Assembly: GCA_002269645.1 (NCBI GenBank)
Contig: NIVC01002369.1
Coordinates: 115,847-179,846, forward strand
Reading direction: 5' to 3'
Length of the DNA stretch: 64,000 bases
From: Macrostomum lignano
Taxonomy: Eukaryota
Shown here: one piece after another, positions 12,534 to 22,689 of the stretch
How positions within the stretch are numbered: position 1 is the first letter of the stretch
How the letters are laid out: every line of letters starts with the position of its first letter
Position numbers and translations under genes: made by a program
Notes under the pieces: generated by a model
Databases searched by the model: none
What the model was told of the DNA's origin: nothing
What the model saw: only the letters and a program-made list of their open reading frames with translations

Positions 12534-14391
12534 TGCTTAATAACAATTATCAGTTAATTTTTAGCAAACAAAACAAATAAAAGTAAAAAAATATTTTTTT
12601 TGTTTTAATGCTAACATTTTTGCCATTAACATGAGTTAAGATTTTTATTAATGGTGCTCAACACTACCTGCTAAAGGGAAAACTTTTTTCTACCTTTGTA
12701 TTTGGCTTTTATTGTTTCTATTGGAGATAGATTTATGTTTTTATCCTCCTCTAACAAGAATCCTAGCTATGCGCTTGATTGCCATAAAGCCATTTTATAG
12801 TTTACTAGTTGCTAAAATTGTTTATAAGAATAGACAACAAAGTTGAAAAATCAATAAATAAATTGAACTGACAAATTGATATACCATGTAGCCAACTATC
12901 TCCTGTATAAAGAAGTAAGAATATATTAATAAATTATTTGAAAAGTCTTAAATATTTAGTTTATTTTCATTAAATCAAATAGTTTTATTAATACCATTAT
13001 GAAAAAGTAGTCAATGACTTTCTATAATATTTTTATGATCTTTTTAAATTATCCATTGATTGATTCTAGCCATCTTGTTAAAATCTTATTTATTTCATTT
13101 AATTTACCATTGACTATACAAGTTTTTAGCTATCTTATGATACCCAAGTTATAATGGTAATGAACTTATAAACTTATAAACAGCAACTAGGAATATGGAA
13201 CAGGTTTAGGCTAAGTAGTACAAAATTAATAAAGTATATAAAAAGCGCCTAGGAAATCCTTTTAGTAGCAGAAAAGGCTAAGGCTTAGCTTTGCAAGCAA
13301 ATGGGTTTTAGCCACAATAGCAAGACTAGTAACAGTGGCTTAAATACACCCATTCCAAAAAATTTAAATAGAAGAATAGAGAATCAATTTATCATATCCT
13401 ATTGCAGTGACGATTGCCATACTTTTTTACTTTATTGCCATGAGTTTTTTATATATATTTTTTCCTTTGCTAAAAGCAATCTGTCTACTTTTGTCTCATT
13501 AGGTTAAAATAGGCCCCTATTTGAAGTTTTTAACTCTAAAAACAATATGAATAACTCAACATATTTATTATATAAATTCTAACTTTTTACTTAATTTTAT
13601 TCTATCTAAATGGTATTTTTTGTTTGATTTTGTCTAAGCTATTTTTAGTACTATATTAGAGATTTAGTATATTTAGATTAATTATTTATATTTTTGATGG
13701 TCATACTGGTAGTTAGGTGGTAAGGGCTAAAGTTAAGATGGAATGTTTTATCACTTTTAAAGAGCTCTTAGATCACTATAAAGATTTGAAGACGTAGGAA
13801 ACAGAGACTTTTGATGCCACAATAGTGTGTATATGCATAGTATATTAGCCTAACATATATGCATAAGTAGTCTATTTGTCTATAGAGCAAGGTAGGTCAC
13901 CCAAAAAATAGATCAAAAGGCCATATCTAGTGTACCCTTGTATAGTGTGGCATTGGTCTTGCTACCTAGATTGCTACATACTCTGAATACTACATGCAGC
14001 ATGGTCGCAAGCATAGCATTCAGTTGCCTCTTCAAGGCATCTATCATAGTTTAGGTCTCAGTGTAATATATGTATATCCTACAGTTATAGAAAGTTTACT
14101 AGCTATGGATGTAGATACAGATAGACTATGAGAAAAATATGGTGAAAATATAGAGAGAAAAAAGGTATAATTTATGCTTTTTAACAATTTAATATCTATA
14201 AGATTGCCCTGCAGTTGGACTAAAAATATGCTCATAACTTGGAGTAGATTTCAATGCCAAAGATTTATTGCTACAATTGTTATTGTAAATAAAAGCCACC
14301 CCCTAGCTCTTTCCTTCCCTTCTTTTCTTTTCTAAATCTCTACACTACAACTGTTGTACTATCTTGCTTCTGTCCATGCAAACTGCAGATA

Positions 14392-15099
14392 ATGCCCCGG
14401 GTATCTGTCGCCCGCCCCCTTTGTCCCAGGCGATTCTGCCGCACCCTAGCGGCAGCGGCGCAGTACTTGCGTCATGTGCGGTCACACGGAATGGGCTGCG
14501 ACTCGGAGCCAGAGGAGGCGGCTGCGACCAACTCAGAAGCTGTCAGAGCGGCGGTCGAGCAAGTCGCGTCTCACAATGAGTCAGCGATGCAGCCGTGTGC
14601 AGCCGGCAGTTCTGCAGTGATGAAGCGTCACGAGTGTGAGTCAGTCGAGAGGACCCCAGCTTCAAAGAGTGCTGCAACACGACACCGTCGAGCTCAGGGC
14701 ATCGAGAGACCGTTCCAGTGCAAAACTTGCCAGAAGAAGTTCACCAGAAAAAGCTACCTAAAGGCTCACATTAGTGCAGTGCACATAAAGGCGAAACCGC
14801 ACAAGTGCAAGGTGTGCGGCAAGAGATTTAGTGTCAGCAGCAGCCACATTAGGCACTCCAGGGTGCACACAGGAGAAAAGCCATTTGAGTGCAAGGTGTG
14901 CAGAAAGAGATTCAGTCGCCGCAGCAACCTCTCTTCTCACTCAAGACTGCACACAGGAGAAAAGCCGTTTGAGTGCAAGCTGTGCGGCAAGATATTTAGT
15001 GACAGCAGCAACCTCACTAAGCACTCCAGGGTGCACACAGGAAAAAGCCATTCGAGTGCAAGGTGTTATGCAAAAGATTCAGTTAAGGCAGCGATCTGA
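14392..15099 (+). CDS. C2H2 zinc-finger protein, copy ZF1 (most divergent; 4 fingers plus a frameshifted 5th)
   Basis: 235-aa ORF with TGEKPF linkers. Helices RKSYLKA, VSSSHIR, RRSNLSS, DSSNLTK. Polypyrimidine tract and aactgcag acceptor at 14381-14388. First Cys of the N-terminal motif is replaced (ARPLCPRRFC). Confidence 0.85.
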   Translation: MPRVSVARPLCPRRFCRTLAAAAQYLRHVRSHGMGCDSEPEEAAATNSEAVRAAVEQVASHNESAMQPCAAGSSAVMKRHECESVERTPASKSAATRHRRAQGIERPFQCKTCQKKFTRKSYLKAHISAVHIKAKPHKCKVCGKRFSVSSSHIRHSRVHTGEKPFECKVCRKRFSRRSNLSSHSRLHTGEKPFECKLCGKIFSDSSNLTKHSRVHTGKSHSSARCYAKDSVKAAI

Positions 15100-15683
15100 A
15101 AAGGCACTCCAAGCAGCACATTGTTTAATGAATATTAAACTTTGCGCTCCGTGATTGCCACTACGTCTGGGTCCTTACTGTGCGCCAGGCATTTTCAATT
15201 CACTAGCAGTAGATCAGCAGCTTTTTTGGCTGTACGTATTAAGAACTGTCCCAAAAATGTCAATGAAAGCGGATTCAATAGCCAGTTAGTTACAGCATCC
15301 AATGACCTGTTAGTCTCAGTATCTCGGTAACTGATTGGTTTCCAGCATTTTCAGTTTTTCACTTCATTACTTATTGTATTAGTACTCACGCATTTTCAGT
15401 ACTCATTTAAATTCGTCTAACTTTTTACAAACATTCTCTAATCAGAATGTTTTAATCATGATAAATTGCTCATCAGTGTGAATTTTGCCATGCACATCAT
15501 GCCGTTTAGCAGCAACATTTTCACTCGGTTAAATCCATCATCAATTGGTTGTCTTAAATTCAAGTAAAGCATGCATGGGATTTTTATCACTTTCATAAAA
15601 TACAAAATTCTGCTTTAAATTTGTCAATATAACCCAGCAATTGTCTTTATGTTTTCGATATTGGGGATGTTCATTTCCTTTAG

Positions 15684-16769
15684 ATGTCTTTCCGTTTCGG
15701 ATCACAAAGTGACGAAGTCCCTACCGCTCCGCATTGCAGCTCAGGCAGAGACCCGCTTCGAGCATCGGCATCTCCGCACAGATCGCAGCCCCACAGTTTC
15801 TCAGAGATGCGCCGGGGCTCTGTCGCCTGCCCCTTTTGTCCCAGGCGGTTCTGCCGCACCCGATCGGCAGCGGCGCAGTACTTGCGTCATGTGCGGTCAC
15901 ACGGAATGGGCTGCGACTCGGAGCCAGAGAACGAGGCTGCGACCAACTCAGAAGCTGGCAGAGCGGCGGCGGTCGAGCAGGTCGAGTCTCGCAATGAGTC
16001 AGCGATGCAGCCGTGTGCAGACGGCAGTTCTGCAGTGACGAAGAGTCCGGAGTGCGAGTCAGCCGGGAAGACCCGAGCTTTGAACAGTGCTGCAACACGG
16101 CAACGTCAAGCTCAGGCTGTCGAGAGGGCGTTCCAGTGCAACACTTGCCAGAAGAAGTTCACCAGAAAAAGCCACCTCAAAGCTCACATTAGTGCAGTGC
16201 ACAAGAAGGCGAAACCGCACAAGTGCAAGGTGTGCGGCAAGAGGTTCGGTCAAGCATGGAGCCTCACTTCCCACTCAAGGCTGCACACAGGAGAAAAGCC
16301 ATTTGAGTGCAAGGTGTGCGGCAAGAGATTTAGTGACAGCAGCAGCCTCACTAAGCACTCTAGGCTTCACACAGGAGAAAAGCCTTTCGAGTGCAAGGTT
16401 TGCGGCAAAAGATTCAATCAAGCATGCAGCCTCTCTTCCCACTCAAGGCTGCACACAGGAGAAAAGCCATTTGAATGCAAGGTGTGCGGCAAGAGATTTA
16501 GTGTCAGTAGCAGCCTCACTAAGCACTCTAGGCTTCACACAGGAGAAAAGCCTTTCGAGTGCAAGGTTTGCGGCAAAAGATTCAATCAAGCATGCAGCCT
16601 CTCTTCCCACTCAAGGCTGCACACAGGAGAAAAGCCATTTGAGTGCAAGGTGTGCGGCAAGAGATTTAATGTAAGCAGCAACCTCACTAAGCACTCCAGG
16701 GTGCACACAAGAAAAAGCCATTCGAGTGCAAGGTGTTCTGCAAAAGATTCAGTTAAGGCAGCAATCTGA
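15684..16769 (+). CDS. C2H2 zinc-finger protein ZF2 (7 fingers plus frameshifted tail)
   Basis: 361-aa ORF. N-terminal CPFC...HVRSH motif. Helices [49 protein letters not shown]. The true start codon (MSF or MRRGSV) is uncertain. Confidence 0.9.
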   Translation: MSFRFGSQSDEVPTAPHCSSGRDPLRASASPHRSQPHSFSEMRRGSVACPFCPRRFCRTRSAAAQYLRHVRSHGMGCDSEPENEAATNSEAGRAAAVEQVESRNESAMQPCADGSSAVTKSPECESAGKTRALNSAATRQRQAQAVERAFQCNTCQKKFTRKSHLKAHISAVHKKAKPHKCKVCGKRFGQAWSLTSHSRLHTGEKPFECKVCGKRFSDSSSLTKHSRLHTGEKPFECKVCGKRFNQACSLSSHSRLHTGEKPFECKVCGKRFSVSSSLTKHSRLHTGEKPFECKVCGKRFNQACSLSSHSRLHTGEKPFECKVCGKRFNVSSNLTKHSRVHTRKSHSSARCSAKDSVKAAI

Positions 16770-17089
16770 AGAGGCACTCCAAGCAGCACATTTTTCAACG
16801 AATATTTAACTTTGCGCACCGTGATTGTAGAAATGGACACACGATCTTTGTTTTTCTGTGCTCCAGGCGTTTTCAGTGTACGAGTACTTGCAATCGTTTA
16901 ACAGCTTTTTGTTTCTATGTAATTATGCTTTGTCTTGAATCTTTCCTTTAGGATGCATGAGGAAGTTGATGCACTGATGAGCTGTTGCTGCCAAATGTTT
17001 TCAGTTTTTTCCCAGTAGTCACATTGCGTACTGTACGAATCCTCGGCACTTATGCTACTTCTCGTTTGACTTATTTTAATTTTTGCTTA

Positions 17090-17615
17090 AAAAATTCTGC
17101 GCACAGTAGGCACGAATATTATAAACTGATAGTTCGGTGATTGTCAGTTTTCTAATTATTGAGTTAGCGAAGTCACAAATTGCCAAAGTTAGGTCGATCT
17201 GTAGTTGTCCGATAGCTTTACAACTTGACCAGAATGCGTCATATAGAGTTTCGGCTGGGTGGCTGAATCACTTGGTGCCCTCCGAGTAACCTGTTTCGAT
17301 GCACTTTAATCATAGTGCTCATATGCTGTCTTAATTGTCAAATTTTGAAAAATTGCATGCTTTCGGGAATCGAGTCAAGTTTGGTGTTAGCGTGGCGTTT
17401 TGCGAGGAATCTTTCTGTTTCTGCTGTTTTGACCTTGAAAGACCTTCCAAGTGCTGTGAGCAGAATGGCGGTCTTCAGCTCGTCGCTTTCATTATCTCGC
17501 TTCGCGGCTGTGAGGGAGAGTGCGAAACCAGCAATTCATGTTTCCACTTCTTCATTTGTTCTCATCGAATGCGATGGGTGCTGGTGGCTTCAACTCTCCT
17601 GTATCAGCCAGCCAT
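17090..17615 (-). mobile_element. Degenerate Gypsy (Mag-like) gag N-terminus in spacer S1; further copies near 28.2-28.8, 32.5-33.1, 35.9-36.4, 45.0-45.5, 55.4-55.9 and 58.7-59.25 kb
   Basis: Minus-strand frames give ELKPPAPIAFDENK, KKWKHE, LTAAKRDNESDELKTAILLTALGRSFKV, TAYEHYD and LTLAICDFAN, in the order expected for Mag-type gag. Interrupted by stops and frameshifts. Confidence 0.7.
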
Positions 17616-17697
17616 GTGTATCGAAGCGTCGGCTTTGAATTAGCTGAGTAGCGACTGAATGATGTATGCGCTTAAGGAGTTAATCGTTAGCTGTGTT

Positions 17698-17857
17698 CCT
17701 CTGACACCATGCTGTTTGTTGTCGTGTTAGTAATGAAATCTCGAAATCTATGGGCTTGTGTCTCCGATTAGCGGTTTTTTGCATGAACACTTAAAGAGGA
17801 CGGCTCAAAAATGAAAGTATAGAGCATAGTCGGGAGTGCTCAGTAGTCCCTGTCACA
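17698..17857 (-). mobile_element. Gypsy 5' LTR (148 bp, TGTGACA...ACAGCA) plus tRNA-Leu-type PBS. Further LTR copies at 28845-28991, 33159-33305, 45599-45746 and 56011-56157; truncated at 36491-36627 and 59341-59477
   Basis: On the - strand the LTR reads TG...CA (17857 to 17710) and is followed immediately by TGGTGTCAGAGG (17709-17698). The first 9 nt are complementary to the tRNA-Leu 3' end including CCA. The gag ATG follows ~85 bp later. Confidence 0.7.
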
Positions 17858-18112
17858 AGCTCTATTTTTCACATTGCGCAAGACAGTACAGTTCATTAGC
17901 ACTTGAGAGAATTCCTAGCTACATAGATATTTTACAATAGAATAATTGCTACCAGCTTCTCCACCATCTAGAAATTGCACCTTTAAACTCCGAGTTGGCG
18001 CGTCAGATTGTAGAAGCATTTGACATCGTGCATTCGTCAAAAATGCTGTCCCAGTAAAGTTCCAATAAGCCGGTCTCTCAGACAGCTGAGAAATGTTTAA
18101 ATTCTGACACCA
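17858..18112 (-). mobile_element. Older Gypsy PBS plus gag start, interrupted by the LTR above (present in each full S1 copy)
   Basis: Second PBS TGGTGTCAGAA at 18112-18102. ATG at 18026 gives MSNASTI*RANSEFKGAISRWWRSW*QLFY, resembling gag F-x-G-N-x-x-x-x-W-R-x-W-K-Q-x-F. Ends exactly at the inner LTR. Confidence 0.5.
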
Positions 18113-18911
18113 AATTTCGTTTCGATTGGCTGGCTTTTGAGCTTTCCTCGTCTTAGCCGGTGGGGCCGCCTACCCACCTTTTTTGTTACGGCTTAGTATT
18201 TCGCTCCGGGTTTGCGCATCCACCTTAAATTGTTCAGTCGCGCAAAGTTGCAGTACAAGTGGCAGAAATCAATGGGTCCTGCCAGGCAGTCTAGCGATAA
18301 TTAAATAAAAATCTGTTTATTTTGATTTAGCTAAAACCCCAATCGAAACCCGGTAAAATTGGTTGAGACTGCGGTGTTAAATGATAACAGCACCGATTGA
18401 GTTCGGTTTGATCTGTAAGCGTGCACTGTTCAAACAATTGTTTAACGGCATCGTCGCGTTGCGTACGATATTTAAATATACAACAGGCTTTGCTTCTATT
18501 AACCAGCCTGTTTTCGAGTCATTCTTTCCCTGAAGCTTGATGGTTCAGGGGTCCTGTATATATAATTTCCAAGGCATCATCACACCAGTATCGGAAGTCA
18601 CGTTGTAAGCTCCTTTGTTGCAGGCCCGCGCGATCCAGGCGGACAAGCTCGAAGCCTTTGATAATGATTTTGGAGGCTGGATGGAGCTTGCTCTCTTAGA
18701 TAGCGGTTTAGGTATATATAAGGCAACTAAAAACTGTTTTATTGTAAATCTATTTTACCAAAGTGAGGACCATGCAGTGATAGTTGAAATTGTTGGTATC
18801 TGGTCTCCAGTAGAAAATTGAATGAGATAATGGAAGAATTGAGCAAAAATCAAGAAAAATTTGTATGTTAGGAAGTTTACCTGGAAGGCTTTGGGTCACT
18901 ATCTTTCACGA

Positions 18912-19023
18912 GCCAAGGATTGCTCCTCAGTGTAAATTTAACCATGCACATCATGCCGTTTAGCAGCAACATTTTCACTCTGTTAAATCCATCATCAATT
19001 GGTTGTCTTAAATTCAAGTAAAG
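18912..19023 (+). promoter_or_regulatory. Conserved upstream block (putative core promoter or non-coding first exon ending at a GT donor) found before nearly all ZF copies
   Basis: gccaaggatt...cacat...ttagca(g/a)(c/t)aa...tttcac is shared by three otherwise unrelated spacer types (18912, 24869, 26387). Each is followed by a donor-like GT (caa|gtaaag 19018, cc|gtaaga 24976, caa|gtatag 26496). Confidence 0.5.
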
Positions 19024-19135
19024 CATGCATGGGATTTTTATCACTTTCATAAAATAAAAAATTATGCTTTTTATTTGTCAATATAACCCAGAAATTGTCT
19101 ATGTTTTCGATATTGGGGATGTTCATTTCCTTTGC

Positions 19136-20077
19136 ATGTCTTTCCATTCCGGATCACAAAGTGACGAAGTCCCTACCGCTCCGCATTGCAGCTCAGGCAG
19201 AAACCCGCTTCGAGCATCGGCATCTCCGCACAGATCGCAGCCCCACAGTTTCTCAGAGATGCGCCGGGGCTCTGTCGCCTGCCCCTTTTGTCCCAGGCGG
19301 TTCTGCCGCACCCGATCGGCAGCGGCGCAGTACTTGCATCATGTGCGGTCACACGGAATCGGCTGCGACTCGGAGCCAGAGGAGGCGGCTGCGACCAACT
19401 CAGAAGCTGGCAGAGCGGCGGCGGTCGAGCAGGTCGAGTCTCGCAATGAGTCAGCGATGCAGCCGTGTGCAGCCGGCAGTTCTGCAGTGACGAAGCGTCA
19501 CGAGTGCGAGTCAGCCGGGAAGACCCGAGCTTTGAACAGTGCTGCAACACGGCAACGTCAAGCTCAGGCTGTCGAGAGGGCGTTCCAGTGCAACACTTGC
19601 CAGAAGAAGTTCACCAGAAAAAGCCACCTCAAAGCTCACATTAGTGCAGTGCACATGAAGGCGAAACCGCACAAGTGCAATGTGTGCGGCAAGAGATTTA
19701 GTGACAGCAGCAGCCTCACTAAGCACTCTAGGCTGCACACAGGAGAAAAGCCATTTGAGTGCAAGGTTTGCGGCAAAAGATTCAATCAAGCATGCAGCCT
19801 CTCTTCCCACTCAAGGCTTCACACAGGAGAAAAGCCATTTGAGTGCAAGGTGTGCGGCAAGAGATTTAGTGTCAGTAGCAGCCTCACTAAGCACTCTAGG
19901 CTTCACACAGGAGAAAAGCCTTTCGAGTGCAAGGTTTGCGGCAAAAGATTCAATCAAGCAAGCAGCCTCTCTTCCCACTCAAGGCTGCACACAGGTGAAA
20001 AGCCATTTGAGTACAAAGACGGGCTTCGAGCATCGGCATCTCCGCACAGATCGCAGCCTGTAATCAGAATGTTTTAA
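19136..20077 (+). CDS. C2H2 zinc-finger protein ZF3 (5 fingers, chimeric C-terminus)
   Basis: ORF is open from 19064; the homologous MSF ATG is at 19136. Helices [35 protein letters not shown], then TGEKPFEY fused to [14 protein letters not shown]. Confidence 0.88.
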   Translation: MSFHSGSQSDEVPTAPHCSSGRNPLRASASPHRSQPHSFSEMRRGSVACPFCPRRFCRTRSAAAQYLHHVRSHGIGCDSEPEEAAATNSEAGRAAAVEQVESRNESAMQPCAAGSSAVTKRHECESAGKTRALNSAATRQRQAQAVERAFQCNTCQKKFTRKSHLKAHISAVHMKAKPHKCNVCGKRFSDSSSLTKHSRLHTGEKPFECKVCGKRFNQACSLSSHSRLHTGEKPFECKVCGKRFSVSSSLTKHSRLHTGEKPFECKVCGKRFNQASSLSSHSRLHTGEKPFEYKDGLRASASPHRSQPVIRMF

Positions 20078-20295
20078 GCATAATGCAGTTTTGTAAATGC
20101 GAGGCAAATATTTGATTTCAAAACTGTTTTTCTTCGTGTATTTTTTAAATTACACTGGTGGCATTGCAATTTTTACTTATTGTTTTTTACGTTTGTCTCG
20201 TTGTGTTGATTTTCTATATTAATTTTAACAATCCACGTGTAGTGCATGTGTCCTTGGTGGTCTGTCAGGGCAGCAGAGTCTCACACTGCTTCTTG

Positions 20296-20539
20296 TACCG
20301 TTTCGATTGGCTGGCCTTTGAGCTTTGCTGGTCTTAGCCGGTGGGGCCGCCTACCCAGCCTTTTTGTTACGGCTTTTTAGTATTTCGCTCCGGGTTTGCG
20401 CATCCACCTTAAATTGTTCAGTCGCGCAAAGTTGCAGTACAAGTGGCAGAAATTAATGGGTCCTGCCAGGCAGTCTAGCGATAAATAAATAAAAATCTGT
20501 TTATTTTGATTTAGCTAAAACACCAATCGAAACCCGGTA
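20296..20539. mobile_element. Possible MITE of ~245 bp bounded by short inverted repeats; homologous copies in S1 (e.g. 18119-18349)
   Basis: Left end taccgtttcgattgg; right end ccaatcgaaacccggta (11-bp perfect core plus taccg). In this spacer the homology to S1 starts at the left repeat. No clear TSD. Confidence 0.4.
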
Positions 20540-20793
20540 AAACCCGCTGTGGGTCACTATCTTTCACGAGCCAAGGATTGCTCCTCAGTGTAAATTTAAC
20601 CATGCACATCATGCCGTTTAGCAGCAACATTTTCACTCGGTTAAATCCATCATCAATTGGTTGTCTTAAATTCAAGTAAAGCATGCATGGGATTTTTATC
20701 ACTTTCATAAAATAAAAAATTATGCTTTTTATTTGTCAATATAACCCAGAAATTGTCTATGTTTTCGATATTGGGGATGTTCATTTCCTTTGC

Positions 20794-21729
20794 ATGTCTT
20801 TCCATTCCGGATCACAAAGTGACGAAGTCCCTACCGCTCCGCATTGCAGCTCAGGCAGAAACCCGCTTCGAGCATCGGCATCTCCGCACAGATCGCAGCC
20901 CCACAGTTTCTCAGAGATGCGCCGGGGCTCTGTCGCCTGCCCCTTTTGTCCTAGGCGGTTCTGCCGCACCCGATCGGCAGCGGCGCAGTACTTGCATCAT
21001 GTGCGGTCACACGGAATCGGCTGCGACTCGGAGCCAGAGGAGGCGGCTGCGACCAACTCAGAAGCTGGCAGAGCGGCGGCGGTCGAGCAGGTCGAGTCTC
21101 GCAATGAGTCAGCGATGCAGCCGTGTGCAGCCGGCAGTTCTGCAGTGACGAAGAGTCCGGAGTGCGAGTCAGCCGGGAACACCCGAGCTTCAAAGAGTGC
21201 TGCAACACGGCAACGTCAAGCTCAGGGTGTCGAGAGGGTGTTCCAGTGCGACACTTGCCAGAAGAAGCTCACCAGAAAATGCCACCTCAAAGCTCACATT
21301 AGTGCAGTGCACATGAAGGCGAAACCGTACAAGTGCAAGGTGTGCGGCAAGAGATTCGGTTTCAGCAGCGCCCTCACTACACACTATAGAGTGCACACAG
21401 GAGAAAAGCCATTTGAGTGCAAGGTGTGCGGCAAGAGATTCGGTTTCAGCAGCAACCTCTCTTCTCACTCAAGGCTGCACACAGGAGAAAAGCCATTTGA
21501 GTGCAAGGTGTGCGGCAAGAGATTTAGTGTCAGTAGCAGCCTCACTAAGCACTCTAGGCTTCACACAGGAGAAAAACCATTTGAGTGCAAGGTGTGCGGC
21601 AAGCGATTTACTCAAATCTCCAACCTCACTATGCACTCTAGAGTTCACACAGGAGAAAAGCCATTTGAGTGCAAGCGATTTAATCGAGGCAGCCATCAGA
21701 AAACGCACGCTAATCGGCACGTAGTGTAA
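20794..21729 (+). CDS. C2H2 zinc-finger protein ZF4 (5 fingers plus a last finger broken by a 12-nt deletion)
   Basis: ORF is open from 20722. Helices [35 protein letters not shown]. Tail [21 protein letters not shown] lacks VCGK. Confidence 0.88.
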   Translation: MSFHSGSQSDEVPTAPHCSSGRNPLRASASPHRSQPHSFSEMRRGSVACPFCPRRFCRTRSAAAQYLHHVRSHGIGCDSEPEEAAATNSEAGRAAAVEQVESRNESAMQPCAAGSSAVTKSPECESAGNTRASKSAATRQRQAQGVERVFQCDTCQKKLTRKCHLKAHISAVHMKAKPYKCKVCGKRFGFSSALTTHYRVHTGEKPFECKVCGKRFGFSSNLSSHSRLHTGEKPFECKVCGKRFSVSSSLTKHSRLHTGEKPFECKVCGKRFTQISNLTMHSRVHTGEKPFECKRFNRGSHQKTHANRHVV

Positions 21730-22689
21730 CGAATATTAAACTTTGCCCTCCGTGGCTGCAGAAGTGAACTTCGGGGTCAGAGTTCTGAGTGTTCGCCACG
21801 CGTTTTTAAGTCACTGGCAATCCATTAACAGCCTTTTTGTCCGTAAATTTTAATGATCATCCTTGAATTGTCCAAAAGTAATGCATACCGTATCTAAACC
21901 AATGGTCAGTTGATCAGTGTCAGTACCCACTGATTGGTTTGAAGCATTTTCTGTTTTAATTAAGCACCTTCATTGACTGCACTGCTAGACCAGTGTTTAA
22001 TTCTTGTTGCTGCCAAAGGTTTCAATTTGTTGTTTGCTTCTTATTTCATTATTTTCTGTATTACTCAGCACTCATATTTTATGTTTGACTTATTGTTATT
22101 ATAGTGTCTCCGCGATTGAATTTTGTAAAGACCAAGCTAAAATTTGATCTCAAAACTTGTTTTTCTTCATGTATTTTCGAATTACACTTGCAGCATGGCA
22201 ATCTTCACTTGTTATTTTTTTATGTCTGTCTGGATTTGTTGATTTTTATATTAATATTAACAAACCACGTGTAGTGCATGGGCCCTCGGGGGGTCTGTCA
22301 GGGCAGGAGGGTCTCACACTGCTTACGCCGTTAAGTTGCTTACTGCTTACTGCTTATCCCTCTAGTTAAGGAGACAAAAAGTTATACTTTACAAATTGGT
22401 TCTGGTTCTAGAATCAGAACAAGCAATATGAAAAGCCTCTTAGAGGTAAACTTAACTTTTTTGATTTGGCCGAAGCCCCAATCAAAGTCGGGTAAAATAA
22501 GTTGACTCTGTGGTATAAAAGACAATAGTTTAGAGCAATTGCTTCAGCAGCAATAGTTTGAGTTTGATAGCTTGATATGTCAGGAGTTCCTTATTTTACG
22601 TCTTTTCCTACTTTTCCTATAGTACTTGGGTTGGGCACCCGGACCGACCCCAGTTTCTTCACAGGTAAACTGTGGAATGCAGCTGTCTC

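Noticed and set aside
16141-16740. CRISPR-like appearance of constant 84-bp units with short variable segments
   Set aside because: The units are in-frame C2H2 finger codons, the context is eukaryotic, and there are no cas genes.
14392-16769. Assignment as PRDM9 or a KRAB-ZNF ortholog
   Set aside because: No PR/SET, KRAB or SSXRD sequence is visible in the window; the similarity is architectural only, so no gene symbol is given.
18615-18821. 68-aa ORF MLQARAIQADKLEAF... repeated in several S1 copies
   Set aside because: TTG start and no recognisable domain. Its conservation is uninformative because the spacers are recent near-identical duplicates.
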